Below, piece after piece: positions 37,623 through 47,201 of a stretch of 64,000 nt of DNA. Source of the DNA: a virus. The notes beneath the pieces are model-generated. The model was given only the letters and a program-made list of their open reading frames with translations, did not search any database and had not been told where the DNA came from. The stretch spans positions 1 through 64,000 of the IMG/VR virus record IMGVR_UViG_3300045988_079296. One strand, written 5' to 3'. The translations under genes and the position numbers were made by a program. Every line of letters begins with the position of its first letter. The stretch's first letter is position 1.

Positions 37623-38106
37623 TGCCTTTATTTAATTTAGCTTCGTAATCACTTACCAACTTTTCCAATTGATTGATACGTTGCTTGTAATTACTTTCAG
37701 CCTTGTTTGACTCTTCCTCGAAAGCTCGGTATTGACTTAACAACTCATCATACTTCTTTCGGTCATTCTCCCGTTGTTGCTCATAGTCAATCCTCATTTG
37801 ATTGAGTTCTTCCCTAAAAGACTTAACTATGTTGTTGCTTAACTGCCTTTCGTTCTGAAATTCGGAGTACAGAGTATCATAACGTTGCTTCCACCAGATG
37901 TCCTTTGATTCAACCTCTTTCTGGAGAACGTCATAACGTGCTTTCCAAAATTCATCGCTCTTGATGTCCGCATTTGCCGTTGCTTCTCGGACTGTCTGTT
38001 GATACTTCTTCCTATCCAACGCCCTTTGAACGCAGGCATAACCTATACTGCCTGCTCCAAACAGCAAAGATAAAATTGTTACGATATTACTTGTAATCCA
38101 CTCCAT
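37615..38106 (-). CDS. N-terminally anchored coiled-coil membrane protein (i-spanin-like candidate)
   Basis: TM segment (IVTILSLLFGAGSIGYA) followed by ~130 aa of charged heptad-like sequence. Overlaps the next gene by 8 nt. Confidence 0.6.
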   Translation of the reverse strand: MEWITSNIVTILSLLFGAGSIGYACVQRALDRKKYQQTVREATANADIKSDEFWKARYDVLQKEVESKDIWWKQRYDTLYSEFQNERQLSNNIVKSFREELNQMRIDYEQQRENDRKKYDELLSQYRAFEEESNKAESNYKQRINQLEKLVSDYEAKLNKGNE

Positions 38107-38108
38107 GA

Positions 38109-38678
38109 CTATTCTTTGTTATTCTTCACACGAGTTATCCTCATTTTTGCTTGTTTCACTCTTTTCTGATAGTCCTCAACATTATAATCGGAGCGTAAAC
38201 AACGAACAATCTCGTCAGCAAAGGCTTGTATGATTTTCGGGAACGCTATGGAATAATGATTGAAGTCGCTTGGGTTGTTATACGTGCAAAGATAGAATAT
38301 TGCTTTTGTGTCGGAGCTTATTTTGTTAAAGAACTTGAACCACTCCTTATGATATGAATCAACAAACTTAAAATCTCTCCAATGTATTCTCGGAGTTAAT
38401 ATATCCAAGTTGTTAGATAGATTGTAAGCAAAATCACGGCTTATGTAAGAGCAGTTGCGATTCAACGTCAGTCCGCATCCTTCCTTGCCGTCTCGGAAGA
38501 AGTCTATGGCTATTGCAATTCCATACGTCTTATGCTGTCTGAAATAATTCAAAAGGTCATAAGCATTGTCCTCTACAACCTCAATCTTTCTTCTCCGAAG
38601 CTCTTCAGCAAGAGCCTTTTGGAATTGCTTCGCTGGCTTATCGAAGCGTTTTGTCGTCAAATAAACTATCTTACACAT
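38109..38678 (-). CDS. Hypothetical protein
   Basis: 189-aa ORF. It has a faint Amidase_3-like layout but lacks the metal ligands (see rejected list). Confidence 0.55.
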   Translation of the reverse strand: MCKIVYLTTKRFDKPAKQFQKALAEELRRRKIEVVEDNAYDLLNYFRQHKTYGIAIAIDFFRDGKEGCGLTLNRNCSYISRDFAYNLSNNLDILTPRIHWRDFKFVDSYHKEWFKFFNKISSDTKAIFYLCTYNNPSDFNHYSIAFPKIIQAFADEIVRCLRSDYNVEDYQKRVKQAKMRITRVKNNKE

Positions 38679-38684
38679 AGTTGT

Positions 38685-39317
38685 TTATCTTTTTGGAGTG
38701 GCGTATGCAGTTGTTGCCGTTTCAGCACTCCCCTTTAACAATCCTTCCAAACGATTTATTTCATCCCTCTTCGCTTGACGTTCCTTTACAAGCTCATCTG
38801 CGTCATAGGGCATGTTTTCCGCTTTGGTAATCAATGATTCATAGCACTTCATAACCTTATAGTCAGAACCCTCCAAATCATTCTTTAATGCTTGTATTCT
38901 GGCATTAACGGCTGAACGGTCATTCTGTACAACTTCCCACTTTTGTAATACCGTTTCACCTTCCTCTACATAATAAGGTCGGATTGAATCAAGCTCCGTT
39001 TTCTCTCCGTTGAACTCCGACGGTATGTATTCTTTGAACAGCTCCAACTCTTTCAAAAAAGCTGCATATTCATCTTCCAACCCCTTTCGGATAACTATCA
39101 ATTGAAGTTCTTCAATAGTACGCTTATCGTCTTTTTTCTTCAATATAGGATTGATAATTTCATCCGTCACTCCGTTCTTCTCAAGAGACATTTCATATTG
39201 ACTCTTGAGCCTTTGTTGTTCGGCTTCGTAATTGATAACCTGAACAGCGTATCTACTTTTAATGACTGCTTTTAACATATCTTTATAGTTTATCTTGTCC
39301 AACGTGCAAATAACCAA
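38685..39317 (-). CDS. Hypothetical coiled-coil protein
   Basis: 210-aa ORF. The start may instead be the internal Met at 39278. Confidence 0.55.
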   Translation of the reverse strand: MVICTLDKINYKDMLKAVIKSRYAVQVINYEAEQQRLKSQYEMSLEKNGVTDEIINPILKKKDDKRTIEELQLIVIRKGLEDEYAAFLKELELFKEYIPSEFNGEKTELDSIRPYYVEEGETVLQKWEVVQNDRSAVNARIQALKNDLEGSDYKVMKCYESLITKAENMPYDADELVKERQAKRDEINRLEGLLKGSAETATTAYATPKR

Positions 39318-41197
39318 CCTCCTGATGATTGTCCTTCGCCCATAGCAATGGAAGCATTATACAAAAATACAGCAAGCCTTCTCGCTCCCCCGATATTTAT
39401 ATAATCAACATTTTCATTATCAACGATTTTCTTTCCATTCCCTTGAACCGCAATATTAGCAGAATTTACTTGATTGATAATAACAAACTGTCCTTCTGCT
39501 GGAGCGGTTGGAAGAAAGACGTTTTTATTTTCTTGATTCAAGCAAGAAACAAATGAACAATCCGTATCAAGATAAATATCAGTATCGCTCATTACTTGAG
39601 TACCAAATGAAAGTCCTCCACTCTTTAGTCTCGCAAAATAAGCATCAAATACGATATTGGAACTTAATGAACCCTTAACACAAAGAGCTGATAAAGCTGC
39701 TCCAACTCCTACCGAATTATACACAAAGGGTGTTGTTCCTTGTCCGTTTACTACCATTGAAGCCGCACCGACAATATAATCAACTACGCTTCCCAAGAAA
39801 GTTCTTTCATAAGCAGGCAAGGTGAATTGCTGAGAAGTCGGTGTATTAACGCTTACTCCATCCCCCGCAGCATACATTCCCTTACTGTTTGTATCGACAA
39901 TTCTCAATCCCGAAGTTTTACTCAAATAAACATCTACTTGACTGCCTGGGCTTGTTACATCCTTTCGGAAAGTCAAAGCTCCATTCTTAAAATCAAGCGT
40001 AGTTCTACGGGTGGAAGAACTACCATTTACAAATTCTCTTGAATTTACAACTCCATTAGTTATTAAACCAATCTGGTTTAGCTTTCCTTGAGCCTTCGCA
40101 AATGCTTCGTCAATCGTATCTCCCGCAGCAATATCAGGAACAGTTCCTGCATAGTCCTTTGGCTCCCAATCGGAAGATATATTCAACGTACCGATATGAG
40201 AAAGCCAATATTGTAACTTTCTCAAAGCCGAATCAACCGTATCATTATTGTTTACCTTTTCGGGAACGGTTGATTCAGTGAAGTTCGTTGAAACTTTTAT
40301 GCCCGTAGCATATTTGAACTTATTTATGTATCTCTGAAACTTGCTGAGCACTGTATAGAGCGTATCTCCAGCTGCGGCATCCGTAGGCTCACCCCCTACT
40401 GAAAGTGCTGTAATCTTCTTATTTAAGATGTTTGCGTCAGAAGTCTGCTGAGTTATCAAATTAGTCATTTGAGTAAGCAAAGCGGAGTAGTTATTTGCTA
40501 TGTTCTCAATAGACTGGTCTTGCACTTCTTGTTCCTTAACGTAGGTATCATGCAAAACTACACCGCCAGATTTATCTCCCAACTCCAAAAGAGCAGAACT
40601 GAAATTGAAATAAATTCCCTTGTTCCATTTCAGGTCGTTTCCCGTTACCGTAGAAAGAAGGGAACTCAACTTGAATTTAATCAGACGCATTGTATTTGAG
40701 TTTTCGCTTTCTCTGTCCTTACCGTATATGTAAGCGGTGTTGAAAGACGGCTCTGATACTTCTACAAATTCAAAGTTCAGCTTGGTAGTCTCGGAATTAA
40801 ATTGACCGTTCTCCCCATCCAGAGTAAGGTTGTTTGAAGATACAAAGTAAGTCACATTACTTCCTAAATCATCTACAAGTAGATTTCCCGATACATCTAC
40901 ATATTGTATCTTTGTCTTAGTTATCGAAAGGGCAAGAACACTTCCCTTATCGGTAATGATAAAGAACTTACCAACGGATAACCCCGATTGTAATGCAATA
41001 TTGCGTAGCTCGGTATAAGTTATCGTTGAAAGAATACCTTGGTCAAGTATGACCCAATCTTTTAGGTTGTAGTCATATACTTTGTGACATTGCTGAGACG
41101 GTGTACTATCCCACCAAATTAATCTTACGTTCTGAGGTGGGGTAGTTCCAACGTGAATACCAGCGACTTGTCCTACATTTTTTGTATTTCCTGCCAT
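39290..41197 (-). CDS. Fibre-like virion protein
   Basis: 635 aa. The N-terminal GIHVGTTPPQNVRLIWWDST...KVYDYNLKDWVIL resembles the conserved N-terminal motif of many phage fibre/whisker proteins. It lies directly after the portal gene. Confidence 0.6.
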   Translation of the reverse strand: MAGNTKNVGQVAGIHVGTTPPQNVRLIWWDSTPSQQCHKVYDYNLKDWVILDQGILSTITYTELRNIALQSGLSVGKFFIITDKGSVLALSITKTKIQYVDVSGNLLVDDLGSNVTYFVSSNNLTLDGENGQFNSETTKLNFEFVEVSEPSFNTAYIYGKDRESENSNTMRLIKFKLSSLLSTVTGNDLKWNKGIYFNFSSALLELGDKSGGVVLHDTYVKEQEVQDQSIENIANNYSALLTQMTNLITQQTSDANILNKKITALSVGGEPTDAAAGDTLYTVLSKFQRYINKFKYATGIKVSTNFTESTVPEKVNNNDTVDSALRKLQYWLSHIGTLNISSDWEPKDYAGTVPDIAAGDTIDEAFAKAQGKLNQIGLITNGVVNSREFVNGSSSTRRTTLDFKNGALTFRKDVTSPGSQVDVYLSKTSGLRIVDTNSKGMYAAGDGVSVNTPTSQQFTLPAYERTFLGSVVDYIVGAASMVVNGQGTTPFVYNSVGVGAALSALCVKGSLSSNIVFDAYFARLKSGGLSFGTQVMSDTDIYLDTDCSFVSCLNQENKNVFLPTAPAEGQFVIINQVNSANIAVQGNGKKIVDNENVDYINIGGARRLAVFLYNASIAMGEGQSSGGWLFARWTR

Positions 41198-41202
41198 ATC
41201 GT

Positions 41203-42936
41203 TTATGAATTTTTAAGTTCCATTTCCATAAAAGCATCGAACGCCTTTACAAAAGAATTTTCATCCGCTTTCTCCGTTCCTTCGTCCTCCGCTTCTTCCT
41301 CATCCCCCTCGGCATACAAGTCAAACGGGTTTTGCGCTTGGGCTTCTTCCTCTTCTCCGTCTGGAGTAGGTTGTCCACCGCCTTGAGGTTGACCTCCTTG
41401 TCCTGGCATACCTCCACCTAATCCTGCGGCTGCGTTCTTAGCTTGTTGCATATAAACCGTATTTTCAATAATATCTCCGTCAGGCAATGGGGACATTTCA
41501 TACTTCTCACGTATCTCGTTAATCGTAGCAATTGAGCCTACTTTCTTAATATCCATATCAAGTTCTTGTTCGATAGTCATACCGTTCAATCCCATGAATA
41601 CTAATTCAAAGTCAGGGTGAATTTGCTCTACGATATATTTGTTTAGCTTTCTCTGGAGGAACTTGAGCATTGGGTACAATCCCTTGTCTTTGGAATGTTG
41701 AAGACGTTCCTCTTGACCTCCTTCAAACAATCCTTTATTCCCCGAAGAACGGCTGATGTCCCAACCTATCTCGGATGGGTCAATATTATAGATAGCGCAA
41801 GCCAACTTTATAAGGTATTCAATCCAAGAACTGTATTCCATATCTCGGTTGTTCTTCTGCAAATCTATCCACTCAACGTCTTGGTTTACAACGGGTGTTT
41901 TCCAACTCTGCATTACTCCCGTTATCATAGACTGCCATTGCTGCTTAAACTGTTGTAGAGCTGCCTCGTTTACCGTTCCTTTTACTCTCAACATTCCCTT
42001 CGGAGCAGAACCCTGACTAAAGAACCTACGGTTGTATTCATCGCCCCATAGCATTGAAGTAACAACGTTGATAAGCTCTTCAAGCTCGGAACATCCGTAA
42101 CCATTAGAGAAGATTGAAGTTGAAGGATTGCGAACGCCAAAACAAAGCTCCCACGGGTAGAACTCCGATACTTTAGTATTTTGGTAAACTTGTACATAGG
42201 CAGGATAATAACCATGAATTTTTGGTCCAAAATCCTCTCTATCTACGCCCCACAAACCCTTACCGCCTTCAAATATTCGGTTGTCCGTTTCGTAGTCTTT
42301 AGCAAAGTATGAGTTGGCAATTCGGAAAGAAGCGGCATCTGTAGCGACAAAGGACTCAACTTGACCTCTTCGGTTTCTCATAATCTCAAAGGTCATTTGG
42401 TCGTAAGTTAATGAGTCCTCAACAATCTTTCGGATAAAGGTATCAAAGTCATCATGTTCCCAATCTCCTACGTTACCGCCATGAAGAAGGAAGTCGGTAA
42501 TTGCATAGGCAATTTTCTTATCCTTCGTGTCCATCTTTTGGTCAACTCCAAACTTCGGCTTCTTTCGGATAACGAACCCCGTTTGGTATTTGTTTTCTTG
42601 AGGCTCTGCGAAGTCGGCTATTTGGTTTTTCCTCGTTTTAATTATGGAGTTGATGATAGGGGTTTTGGACATCCTCTTTAACGTAGTGTATGTTAAGGAG
42701 AATGACTTGTCTTTGTATCCTAAATTTGAGTTGAACTCCAATGGGTCTATGAAAAACGCCTTTGGGCCAACCGTTCTTTCATCCCTATTTTGTATGCCGT
42801 TGATAGCCTTTTGAGCTCTCAATATATCATCGGGATGGTCTGAACGGATGGCTTTCTCAATCGTCCTCATATTTTTGACTTCCAGCTTCCTCTTAGCTAA
42901 TTCAATAGCGTCAAGCTGTTTCCAATATTCAGCCAT
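41203..42936 (-). CDS. Portal protein
   Basis: 577 aa. The size, the position at the head of the morphogenesis block and the Gly-rich, acidic C-terminal tail are typical of portal proteins. It is preceded by a terminator. Confidence 0.8.
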   Translation of the reverse strand: MAEYWKQLDAIELAKRKLEVKNMRTIEKAIRSDHPDDILRAQKAINGIQNRDERTVGPKAFFIDPLEFNSNLGYKDKSFSLTYTTLKRMSKTPIINSIIKTRKNQIADFAEPQENKYQTGFVIRKKPKFGVDQKMDTKDKKIAYAITDFLLHGGNVGDWEHDDFDTFIRKIVEDSLTYDQMTFEIMRNRRGQVESFVATDAASFRIANSYFAKDYETDNRIFEGGKGLWGVDREDFGPKIHGYYPAYVQVYQNTKVSEFYPWELCFGVRNPSTSIFSNGYGCSELEELINVVTSMLWGDEYNRRFFSQGSAPKGMLRVKGTVNEAALQQFKQQWQSMITGVMQSWKTPVVNQDVEWIDLQKNNRDMEYSSWIEYLIKLACAIYNIDPSEIGWDISRSSGNKGLFEGGQEERLQHSKDKGLYPMLKFLQRKLNKYIVEQIHPDFELVFMGLNGMTIEQELDMDIKKVGSIATINEIREKYEMSPLPDGDIIENTVYMQQAKNAAAGLGGGMPGQGGQPQGGGQPTPDGEEEEAQAQNPFDLYAEGDEEEAEDEGTEKADENSFVKAFDAFMEMELKNS

Positions 42937-42987
42937 ATGTTCTACAATTTATTATTTTCTTGAATATCTATAACTGTAGATGTGTGA

Positions 42988-43025
42988 ACAAAAAGAAAGG
43001 AGACAACTTTTGATATTGTCTCCTT
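42988..43025 (-). terminator. Rho-independent terminator upstream of the portal gene
   Basis: 10-bp stem (aaggagacaa at 42997-43006 pairs with ttgtctcctt at 43016-43025), followed on the minus strand by TCTTTTTGT. Confidence 0.8.
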
Positions 43026-43049
43026 CTACAAGCCGTTAATTAATAGGAC

Positions 43050-43580
43050 TTAATTGGGCGGTGTAACAGTTATCGCAAGCGCAACTGCTTTATCCGCATC
43101 GGCTGTCCAAGTGCCTGGGTCACCGCTTGTAATAGCGGCATTACTCTGAGGAAGAGTAATTTTGTACTCAAAACCGTCAATGATTTTGAGAACCTTAGCA
43201 ACTCCCGTATTAACATCAACGGTGTCCTGAATAGGCTCTGCGCCTTCCTTCGTTCCCGACAAAGTGAGCTTGCAAGTCGTTGCTCCCGTAATGGTAGGAG
43301 TGATGGTCAAATCGAAGGTTTCAGCACCCATAAGGATAACTTGCTCACCTCCGTAGATATAACCGTCAATAAGTCCTTGGTAAGTCTCAAACCACTCTTC
43401 CATTTCGGCTTTTGTGGTTACTGTGCCAGGCTTGAACGGCATAATTTTCTCAAAGATTGTTCCTTGAACTCCTTCTAACCACATGATTGTAAAGCGTTCC
43501 GAACCATCCTCAATTATGTCCGTTCTTAGAGTTGCCTTGATTATAGGCTCGTCTTTAGTTACAAATACATAATCTCTCAT
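43050..43580 (-). CDS. Hypothetical protein with a beta-rich (Ig-like?) C-terminal half
   Basis: 176-aa ORF followed by a strong terminator. Confidence 0.6.
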   Translation of the reverse strand: MRDYVFVTKDEPIIKATLRTDIIEDGSERFTIMWLEGVQGTIFEKIMPFKPGTVTTKAEMEEWFETYQGLIDGYIYGGEQVILMGAETFDLTITPTITGATTCKLTLSGTKEGAEPIQDTVDVNTGVAKVLKIIDGFEYKITLPQSNAAITSGDPGTWTADADKAVALAITVTPPN

Positions 43581-43606
43581 TTTTACTAAACTTTAAATGG
43601 TAAAAT

Positions 43607-43972
43607 TCAATTTACCTCTTTATAATTGTTTAGTGCTTCTTCAATCTTTTGGGTGACCGCTCCGTCAAAGATAATATACTTTGCTTCCAAAGTCTCGTGG
43701 ATGATTATGGCTTCGTCCAAATACTCTATCAAAACCGTATTATCATCCAAACTCGTTATCTCTGGAGCTGTCTCCTTGATATTATCCCATAGAAGTTGAA
43801 AAGCTCGGATGCTTAGAGCATCTTCCATGATTGTATTAGACAGATACTTCATTCGGGGTACAGAAGTATCAATTTCAGCAGCCGCCAGTTGTAAATCGGT
43901 CTCCAACGGCTCTTGCATTGTTGTTAGCTTCTTTGAATACATAACGCTATAATGATTTTGTTTTCGGTACAA
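43607..43972 (-). CDS. Hypothetical protein
   Basis: 121-aa ORF. The start may instead be the Met at 43942, just after the upstream stop. Confidence 0.55.
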   Translation of the reverse strand: MYRKQNHYSVMYSKKLTTMQEPLETDLQLAAAEIDTSVPRMKYLSNTIMEDALSIRAFQLLWDNIKETAPEITSLDDNTVLIEYLDEAIIIHETLEAKYIIFDGAVTQKIEEALNNYKEVN

Positions 43973-45050
43973 ATTTACTTCGTTGCTTACCCTCTCCGAT
44001 AATCATCTTCCAATACTTCTGAAATTCGCAAAGCCACATTTCAATTTGGTGAAGAGTTATATTGGGCTCATCTGACGTGTAATATTCTCCGTCCTCCATA
44101 TCCCAATACAGATAGGGAAAGTTTTCTTTTTTCTCTTCGCTTATTCTTCCCAACCATTCTTCTGCCAAATCTCTTAACCAATATATGGCAGGTTTTTGTT
44201 CTCGGAGCGTAGAAAGGTTTGGATATATGAGACGAATGCCGATACTACACCCTGGCCCAACGTTCGTGAAGTCGTTTTGGTCAAACTTCATAAAACGTCT
44301 GCCCGTGTACTTCGGTATATATGTGAAGTCCTGATAGAACTCATGAGCAATAAAATCGGCTACCGCAGGGAACGTTTTCAAGTACTCAATAATCTCTTCT
44401 GGCTTCTTAGCGGTCATCACCTTAGCAATGAGCTTATCCATGTTCTTATGCAGATGCGGAATAACAACCCTTGTATAGCAATAGTCTCTCGGTTGACCAG
44501 GTGTTGCTTGAGAGTTAATCAAGTAAGCAGTTGTATAAGGGTTTTGCCCCGAACTACGAACGCCAGCAATGAAACGGCTGAACTCGTCCTCATCGTATTC
44601 ATCCCAATCGGGTATGCCGTTCTTCCACTTTGTAGCCGCAATCAATTCGTCTTTCGATTGAGCTTGTTTTAATCCCGATTTCACTGGTGCTCCAAATAAG
44701 CTCGGTTGAAGTGTTTTTCCTTTCGGCTCAAACATAAACGTTTCGGGGCAATTAAAGAAGCGGAAAACCATCATCTTCCAAACCAAGTTCTTCAACGACA
44801 AACTTTCGTCAAGAAGAATGTTCTTGATTTGCCATTGACTATTTCGGTCAAGCTCCCGATACACGTTGGTGAACTTTGACTCTTGAAAAATCTTGTTCTT
44901 TGTCCAAGGTCGTTCTTTCCCGTCTATGAACCTCCGTTTCCATATAAGCTGGCGTTCATACATAGTCTCAAAGAACAAACGCAAATGAGGCTCGTACACC
45001 TCAAGATTTTCGTCAGGTAACTTATCGTACCATGCTGCATTTTCAAACAT
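43947..45050 (-). CDS. Candidate DNA-base hypermodification enzyme (aGPT-Pplase-like), tentative
   Basis: 367 aa. ERQLIWKRRFIDGKERPWTKNKIFQESKFTNVYRELDRNSQW matches my recollection of the N-terminal signature (PWT..D.I....+F.NV.RE.DR.T) of alpha-glutamyl/putrescinyl thymine pyrophosphorylase families. Not verified by search. Confidence 0.45.
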   Translation of the reverse strand: MFENAAWYDKLPDENLEVYEPHLRLFFETMYERQLIWKRRFIDGKERPWTKNKIFQESKFTNVYRELDRNSQWQIKNILLDESLSLKNLVWKMMVFRFFNCPETFMFEPKGKTLQPSLFGAPVKSGLKQAQSKDELIAATKWKNGIPDWDEYDEDEFSRFIAGVRSSGQNPYTTAYLINSQATPGQPRDYCYTRVVIPHLHKNMDKLIAKVMTAKKPEEIIEYLKTFPAVADFIAHEFYQDFTYIPKYTGRRFMKFDQNDFTNVGPGCSIGIRLIYPNLSTLREQKPAIYWLRDLAEEWLGRISEEKKENFPYLYWDMEDGEYYTSDEPNITLHQIEMWLCEFQKYWKMIIGEGKQRSKFVPKTKSL

Positions 45051-45051
45051 C

Positions 45052-45393
45052 TTATAAACTTTTAGTATTTAATCTCATAAAAAACTCTCGTTTGGCTTCC
45101 ACATTACCCTTCTTCATTAAGTTCAAAAGAACTTTCTTGGGCATCTTTCGGAACGGTCTTTGTTTAGCGTTAATCAACTTCACAAACCTAACATCTAAGT
45201 TACAGCGTTGCGGGTTGCCGCTGGGGTAGAACTTACTGCATATGTTTGTAGATAACAAAGGACAATACCAATTGCCGTGGAAGCCAGTTATTTCAAATTT
45301 GGTTTTGCCCCAAACGCTATCATCGCTGTCTCGGACAATATCTCCATTCTTAAAATATTTCCAAACTTTTTGGTCTGTATTCTCGCTCGGCAT
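45052..45393 (-). CDS. Hypothetical protein
   Basis: 113-aa ORF, 1 nt from the downstream gene. Confidence 0.55.
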   Translation of the reverse strand: MPSENTDQKVWKYFKNGDIVRDSDDSVWGKTKFEITGFHGNWYCPLLSTNICSKFYPSGNPQRCNLDVRFVKLINAKQRPFRKMPKKVLLNLMKKGNVEAKREFFMRLNTKSL

Positions 45394-45421
45394 AATTAAT
45401 CATATTTTCCTTATTAACGTT

Positions 45422-45457
45422 GAAAAAGAAAGCTCCGAACTTCGCAGCCCAGAGCTT
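45422..45457 (-). terminator. Terminator-like hairpin
   Basis: Stem aagctc (45430-45435) pairs with gagctt (45452-45457), followed on the minus strand by TCTTTTTC. Confidence 0.5.
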
Positions 45458-45491
45458 ACCCCATGTCCTCAAATTAAAACAAAGAACCTCC

Positions 45492-46145
45492 TTAAAAACG
45501 GAATGTAGCAAACTGTTTAGGAGTCAACTCATACTCTTTTTCATCCTTTAGGCTTTGCACTACTCGGCATGCTTCCAAATCTACCATGACGTTACATACC
45601 GCTCGAACGCAATCATTGTATTGGTTACGTGCCATTGCTTCGGCTTCGGTTTTAGCAAAATTGTACTTCTTTTCCATTTCGGCTGTGTGTTCGGCAGATA
45701 GAGTTTCAACCATTCGGTCATCCGTTGATTTCATTCTCATTTCCTCCCAATCGTAAACCTTGAATGGAACTTCGATACGCAAGTCATCGGTCCACCAAGG
45801 GTTGATGTCCTTAGTAGGAGCTTGACCGCAAGATTTCAAACACTCGTTAGCTTCCTTTTTCTTAGTAGCTAATGCAGCATTAAGTTCGGGAATGAGGATG
45901 TCTGTAACGTTCTTCTTAATCTCCTTTCCAGTCTTGGTGACTTTGATATCACCTCCGTACTGAATGGCGTTCATAACGTCAGATTTCTCAATTTCTTGGG
46001 CAGCTACATCAAACGGGTTGGCATCGCTTTCTCCCTTTTGAATAGCTTCCTCCGAAGGCTGATTAAGGTCACCTTCAAAACCTTTCAAGAGGTGAGCATG
46101 TTGTTTCGCTCTCGCTCCGTGAATTGCATCATGAATTTCGTTCAT
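45492..46145 (-). CDS. Hypothetical protein
   Basis: 217-aa ORF. No motif recognised. Confidence 0.6.
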   Translation of the reverse strand: MNEIHDAIHGARAKQHAHLLKGFEGDLNQPSEEAIQKGESDANPFDVAAQEIEKSDVMNAIQYGGDIKVTKTGKEIKKNVTDILIPELNAALATKKKEANECLKSCGQAPTKDINPWWTDDLRIEVPFKVYDWEEMRMKSTDDRMVETLSAEHTAEMEKKYNFAKTEAEAMARNQYNDCVRAVCNVMVDLEACRVVQSLKDEKEYELTPKQFATFRF

Positions 46146-46152
46146 TTCTTTG

Positions 46153-47127
46153 TTATTTTATTAAACTACCATAAAAATCTTCCAGTGTGTACGCCTTATT
46201 ATAACTGTACGTGTTCTTGTTTGCGTTCACGTCATCAAGCATTATCTCAAGTAAGCTCTTACCGCTACGTGAGTGATAGTCCGTTTCGTTGTAAACAGAT
46301 AGATTGAGCCATGTTAGTTTTAAGTTGAAAAGAACCTTTCCCAATACATCTTCGTATTTCATGCCCGTAAACTCGGAGAACCTTCCAGCAATCCATTGAC
46401 CCATGGTAATCAAATCAACGTCCTTCGGCTCTTTATACGGAGAAATTGATTCAATAAACTTCTCAAACCCCTTATCACCTATACCCTTCTTAACCTTCGG
46501 AACATTATCGGATGTATCCCCCATGAGAACTTTATAAAGAAGAACCTCAAACGGCTTATTGGGAATGACTTGTATGTCCGTCTCCAAATATTCGTTCCAA
46601 AATACTTCCTTCTCTGGAATACAATACATCTTTAGGTTTTTAGAGTTATTGTTGAACAATGAAACGTTCTTGTTCATGATTTGCCTAATATCGGAGTCAC
46701 CCGTAATTATTACCAATTCCTCGTCCAAAATATATCCGAAGTAAAGTGACCAGACATAAAGAAGGTCATCGCCCTCTGCTCCCATGACCCTACTGACGAT
46801 AATTCCCTTTTTCCGAAGAAGAGCCTCAAACATATCTAAACAAGTCAGAAAATGCTTGTAATATGGGTCTCTGACTTTGGTAAGAGCGTACTTATAATCA
46901 TCGTAGATATTGTAACGCCAACTGGAAGAGTCAATAACAAACGCAACTCTCTTTATATCTCGGAACTTACCCAGAGCGAAGCACATATCAATTATGCACT
47001 TGCGCATGAGCACTTGTTGTTTCTCCCTATCTTGGAGAACTTCTGCCATATCCTGCCCCTTGTAATAGGTTGAGAATACATTGAACGTCTTGTGGAATAA
47101 ATAATTTCCGTCAAATAGTATATTCAT
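46153..47127 (-). CDS. 5'-3' exonuclease / flap endonuclease (PIN-like, T4 RNase H / Pol I 5'-exo family)
   Basis: MNILFDGNYLFH, GAEGDDLL, ITGDSDIRQI and LMGDTSDNVPKVKKGIGDKG are the classic FEN motifs. The track start at 47181 is a GTG lying inside a terminator hairpin, so I use the ATG at 47125-47127. Confidence 0.8.
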   Translation of the reverse strand: MNILFDGNYLFHKTFNVFSTYYKGQDMAEVLQDREKQQVLMRKCIIDMCFALGKFRDIKRVAFVIDSSSWRYNIYDDYKYALTKVRDPYYKHFLTCLDMFEALLRKKGIIVSRVMGAEGDDLLYVWSLYFGYILDEELVIITGDSDIRQIMNKNVSLFNNNSKNLKMYCIPEKEVFWNEYLETDIQVIPNKPFEVLLYKVLMGDTSDNVPKVKKGIGDKGFEKFIESISPYKEPKDVDLITMGQWIAGRFSEFTGMKYEDVLGKVLFNLKLTWLNLSVYNETDYHSRSGKSLLEIMLDDVNANKNTYSYNKAYTLEDFYGSLIK

Positions 47128-47140
47128 GTTATATCCTTTT

Positions 47141-47182
47141 CTAAAATAAACCGTGGGGCAATCTCCGAAGAAACGCCCCACA
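47141..47182 (-). terminator. Rho-independent terminator after the DUF2786-like gene
   Basis: 7-bp GC-rich stem (gtggggc at 47153-47159 pairs with gccccac at 47175-47181), followed on the minus strand by GGTTTATTTTAG. Confidence 0.75.
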
Positions 47183-47201
47183 GTCTAACAACTAATTCAG
47201 A

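Noticed and set aside
38109-38678. Calling the 189-aa protein an Amidase_3 (N-acetylmuramoyl-L-alanine amidase).
   Set aside because: Only the general spacing of hydrophobic blocks resembles Amidase_3. The positions of the zinc ligands read AIDFF and FYLCTYNN instead of His/Glu-containing motifs, so I cannot support the call.
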